In this document: positions 25,809 through 28,423 of the stretch, piece by piece
Layout of the letters: each line of letters starts with the position of its first letter
Numbering within the stretch: position 1 is the stretch's first letter
IMG/VR virus record: IMGVR_UViG_3300030372_001082
Span: 1 to 28,423 of that record
Reading direction: 5' to 3' (one strand)
DNA: 28,423 bases
Source of the DNA: a virus
Taxonomy: Duplodnaviria > Caudoviricetes
The notes under the pieces: model-generated
What the model was told of the DNA's origin: nothing
Databases searched by the model: none
What the model saw: the letters and a program-made list of their open reading frames with translations, nothing else
Made by a program: the position numbers and the translations under genes

Positions 25809-26966
25809 TTACAATATATAATACTTGCCACTATGATTTATAGATAGCTTATTTAAGCATAGATAACGTACTGCATCTACCAAGTGGTCATTTACTTTTA
25901 CAGGTACATTTAAAACATCACCATTTTTATCTGTGGCCCATTTGTAGCTTCTAAATTCTTTAATAGCATTAAGACTATCCTTTGTAATGTTTAGCTTATA
26001 TCTACGCATTATATCTATGCCTAAATGTATTCCTGCACCCTTTTTAGCAGGTTTTATATTAAACCCTTGTCTGTATATTTCTTCAATAGATTTAGGTTCT
26101 GCTGAATCGCCTATTATTTCTGTAGTTCTATCTATGCCAAGTTCTTTCATTTTGTTAGCCAGGTCAGTATTAGTTAATCTTTTTTCATATAGCAATTCTC
26201 TAATATATAGACTATCATCTAATTGCCTTACTTCTACTAATGCAGTTGGACTATTAGTAAATCCAAAGTCTAAGCCATAGCCAATCAATCTACCTTGCAC
26301 ATCATCTACCAAATTCCATTGTCTAAAAATCTGTGTACTAACACTACCGATTTCTCCCAATCCATAAACACGCCAATACTCAGGATCAAGGTCTTTTAAT
26401 CTTTCAATCTCTGCTATTGTATCTTTATCTAAAAATGGATTAGCTAAATATGTTGACTTTAAAAATGTGCAATCATCTCTAGTTATTACCTTTTCATATA
26501 TCCAAGAATAAGGATCAGATGGATTATAGTCTAAATATATTTTTCCTGAACATCTTAACGTAAGCTGCACCCAGGATTCAAAATCAAATTCATTTGCCTC
26601 GTTAAGCCATAAATAATCACGTTTACGCCCTCTAATCTTCTGCGGTTGGTCTACACTAATGAACTCTAATAAATTGCCATTAAGCATATAAGACAGTTCA
26701 GACTTATTATGATTAGCTTCATTATATAATTCTAATTCTTTAAGGATAGAAATTACATCACGATATGCAGTACCCTTTAATGCAGGTAATGTCTTTCTGC
26801 ATATTGTAAATACCTTTCCTGTTTCTTCTAAACACTTTACAATAAATAACTGACAAAGCGAATAGGTCTTAGAACTTCGTGTACCCCCTTGTAAACACGT
26901 TATTCGACTATCCGACCTATACGCTTTGTGAAATACATTTGTTGTTTTAATCTTTCCCTGTATCAA
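25809..26966 (-). CDS. terL: Terminase large subunit (PBSX/SPP1-like)
   Basis: Walker A QGGTRSSKT, Walker B WLNEANE, DYNPS, nuclease motifs GLDFGF, DSAEP, DHLVDAVRY. Confidence 0.95.
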   Translation of the reverse strand: MIQGKIKTTNVFHKAYRSDSRITCLQGGTRSSKTYSLCQLFIVKCLEETGKVFTICRKTLPALKGTAYRDVISILKELELYNEANHNKSELSYMLNGNLLEFISVDQPQKIRGRKRDYLWLNEANEFDFESWVQLTLRCSGKIYLDYNPSDPYSWIYEKVITRDDCTFLKSTYLANPFLDKDTIAEIERLKDLDPEYWRVYGLGEIGSVSTQIFRQWNLVDDVQGRLIGYGLDFGFTNSPTALVEVRQLDDSLYIRELLYEKRLTNTDLANKMKELGIDRTTEIIGDSAEPKSIEEIYRQGFNIKPAKKGAGIHLGIDIMRRYKLNITKDSLNAIKEFRSYKWATDKNGDVLNVPVKVNDHLVDAVRYLCLNKLSINHSGKYYIL

Positions 26967-27294
26967 TAACTTCTATTTTAAGTTCAGTTAATGGTTTACC
27001 ACCACTTGTAATATCTAGCTTTTCAGCATATCCTCTATCTTTAGCTTTTGACTTTAGATAGAATATAATACTTGTTTCTTTTCCAGAAGATATGTTTTTT
27101 ATTAATTGTCCTTCTACATAGTCTATCTGTGCTTCTTTAATATCTTCAACTGCTTTTGCAAATTCAGCATCTTCTTTTAAGTATCTATAGTATGTGCTTC
27201 TGCTTATATTACCTGCCTTTTTACAAGCGTGATATATTAGTCCTTGCGTTTCTTGTAACGCTTTTAATAATTTCTCTTTTTTATTCTGTGCCAT
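26947..27294 (-). CDS. terS: Terminase small subunit
   Basis: HTH ACKKAGNISRSTYYRY, IIFYLK.K.K.RGY; directly upstream of terL. Confidence 0.8.
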   Translation of the reverse strand: MAQNKKEKLLKALQETQGLIYHACKKAGNISRSTYYRYLKEDAEFAKAVEDIKEAQIDYVEGQLIKNISSGKETSIIFYLKSKAKDRGYAEKLDITSGGKPLTELKIEVIDTGKD

Positions 27295-27321
27295 TTGTAT
27301 TATTTAATCTATTATAATTAG

Positions 27322-27393
27322 AGCGAGTAAGTGGATTCGAACCCTATCTTTATGCTGGATGCATAACGCTTTAACCAATTAAGCTATACTCGC
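27322..27393 (-). tRNA. Atypical tRNA-Gly(TCC)-like element
   Basis: GCGAGTA-TA-GCTT AATTGGTTA AAGC-G-TTATG CA TCC AG CATAA-AGAT-AGGG TTCGAAT CCACT-TACTCGC-T; perfect acceptor, D and anticodon stems; A33; T-stem one base short; no encoded CCA. Confidence 0.8.
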
Positions 27394-28016
27394 ATTTTTC
27401 CCTTATACATTCCTGCTCCCATTTCTTTAATTTTAGAAAAAGGCATTACAGGAACAGTTAAATTTTTTTCTTTTGTTTTGTCTATAAAATATATATACTT
27501 TAATTGATAACCTTCTAGTCTTTCAGAATTTGTAAAATCTCTTTTACTTGTTCCATGCTTTGCTATTGTTTCACCACTTTGCAGTTTATATATTTTTGTA
27601 TTTTTTTTTATTCCAATTAATTTAAATCCACTAGCCCTATATATTGTTCCGTCTCCACATTGTGTTCCGTCTGCAAAACTTAAAACCCATTTAATGTGAG
27701 GGGCGTTCTTTTTTAATAATTTCATACTAATTGCTATACATCTGCTTTCTGAATACTTGGGCAATAAGTCACTAAAAGCCATTCTGTTTAATTCTAAAAA
27801 TTCATTCCACTTTGTTCCCTTTACAATTCCTATTACCTTTCTTTTATCAATTGGACAACCGTATGACATTACCCCACCTAATTTTTTGTCTAGAAAACAC
27901 CCAAAATGCAACTGACTATTCATGCAAAACTTTCCTGAATAATGATGTTTTTTAACAAAGTTATTGGCGAACTCTGTTGGTATAACTTTTAGTATTATTT
28001 CTTTTGCTCTGCCCAT
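27384..28016 (-). CDS. mom: Mom-family (GNAT-fold) DNA adenine modification enzyme
   Basis: HHYSGK, ELNRM, SESRCIA, LSFADGTQCGDGTIYRASGF motifs characteristic of Mu Mom homologues. Confidence 0.8.
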   Translation of the reverse strand: MGRAKEIILKVIPTEFANNFVKKHHYSGKFCMNSQLHFGCFLDKKLGGVMSYGCPIDKRKVIGIVKGTKWNEFLELNRMAFSDLLPKYSESRCIAISMKLLKKNAPHIKWVLSFADGTQCGDGTIYRASGFKLIGIKKNTKIYKLQSGETIAKHGTSKRDFTNSERLEGYQLKYIYFIDKTKEKNLTVPVMPFSKIKEMGAGMYKGKMRV

Positions 28017-28423
28017 TGTGATACTAATAAATATAAAGCATTTCCGTTACTATTTTTGTTTCCAAATGTTTCAATATAATTAAATTCTTCTATTTTTTTA
28101 ATGTCATTTAATTTATTTTTGATATAATCTACTTGCCTATCTGCTAAGACAAAAGTTATATTTTGAATAGGTTTCTTTTCACTATCATCTAAACTAAAGA
28201 CATCGTCTAACTTATCTATATTTAAATCTAAATCAATATGCTTAAAACCCCAATCAGTAAGTTCATCAATATCGAATTCATTAGCTAGAATATCCATATC
28301 AAAATCACCTGTGTTCTTGTTTAGTCTAATGTTTAATTCTCTTTCTTCTTCTTTGCTTAAATCTAATACTACACAATCTATTTCTGTATGCTTTAATGCT
28401 TTGCATATTTTATAACGCTGATG
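27995..28423 (-). CDS. ParB-like protein, 3' part (begins at 258)
   Basis: In frame with 1-258: ...ERELNIRLNKNTGDFDMDILANEFDIDELTDWGF... Confidence 0.85.
   Translation of the reverse strand, partial: HQRYKICKALKHTEIDCVVLDLSKEEERELNIRLNKNTGDFDMDILANEFDIDELTDWGFKHIDLDLNIDKLDDVFSLDDSEKKPIQNITFVLADRQVDYIKNKLNDIKKIEEFNYIETFGNKNSNGNALYLLVSQWAEQKK
28325..28423. repeat. Terminal direct repeat, copy 2
   Basis: Identical to 1-99. Confidence 0.95.

Noticed and set aside
25775-25831. Track start at 25831 for the tail chaperone
   Set aside because: The extension overlaps terL and spans the promoter motif; ATG 25774 fits better
216-26280. Plus-strand ORFs in the track (e.g. 216-563, 11469-12143, 14997-15482, 16606-17022, 17349-17699, 25987-26280)
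   Set aside because: Antisense shadows of well-supported minus-strand genes, with no motifs
27322-27393. tRNA element as an attP remnant or ordinary codon-supplementing tRNA
   Set aside because: The full cloverleaf including the 5' half is present, no integrase is seen, and the A33/T-stem defects argue against normal decoding. Simple pseudogene decay cannot be fully excluded
28325-28423. 99-bp terminal repeat as a biological DTR
   Set aside because: It falls mid-gene and has a typical assembler k-mer length; best read as a circularisation overlap
1-28423. CRISPR array, diversity-generating retroelement, intron/intein or stop-codon reassignment
   Set aside because: No repeat-spacer array, reverse transcriptase or split core gene seen by eye; genes tile densely under the standard code with all three stops in use

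Overview
Apparently a complete, circular, AT-rich tailed-phage genome of 28,324 bp; bases 28325-28423 repeat 1-99 exactly, which looks like an assembly overlap. It is probably a small siphovirus of a Bacteroidetes/Flavobacteria host, judged from DUF4373- and DUF3127-like genes, A-rich leaders with no obvious Shine-Dalgarno, a TAnnTTTG promoter box and Gln-after-signal-peptide proteins. Nearly all genes are on the minus strand. One block runs HTH, recombinase-like, SSB-like, replication initiator, C5 methyltransferase, VRR-NUC, sigma-like factor, HNH. It continues across the junction into ParB-like, Mom-like, tRNA-Gly-like, TerS, TerL, a frameshifting tail chaperone, tail genes, tape measure, protease, scaffold, capsid, tail tube, portal, a membrane/lysis cluster and a metallophosphoesterase. 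Only a short operon at 5404-6097 is on the plus strand. I recognise no integrase, DNA polymerase or helicase. Highlights: (1) a Mom-family adenine-modification gene whose stop codon lies inside a tRNA-Gly-like element that keeps GlyRS identity elements but has lost translation features, a candidate dedicated glycyl donor; (2) a XerCD dif-like site in the divergent control region; (3) a strictly spaced bipartite motif before structural operons, a candidate promoter for the phage sigma factor; (4) a strand-specific 17-bp hairpin before the initiator gene; (5) a phosphoesterase that needs a non-canonical start. All calls come from reading motifs by eye; no searches were run.
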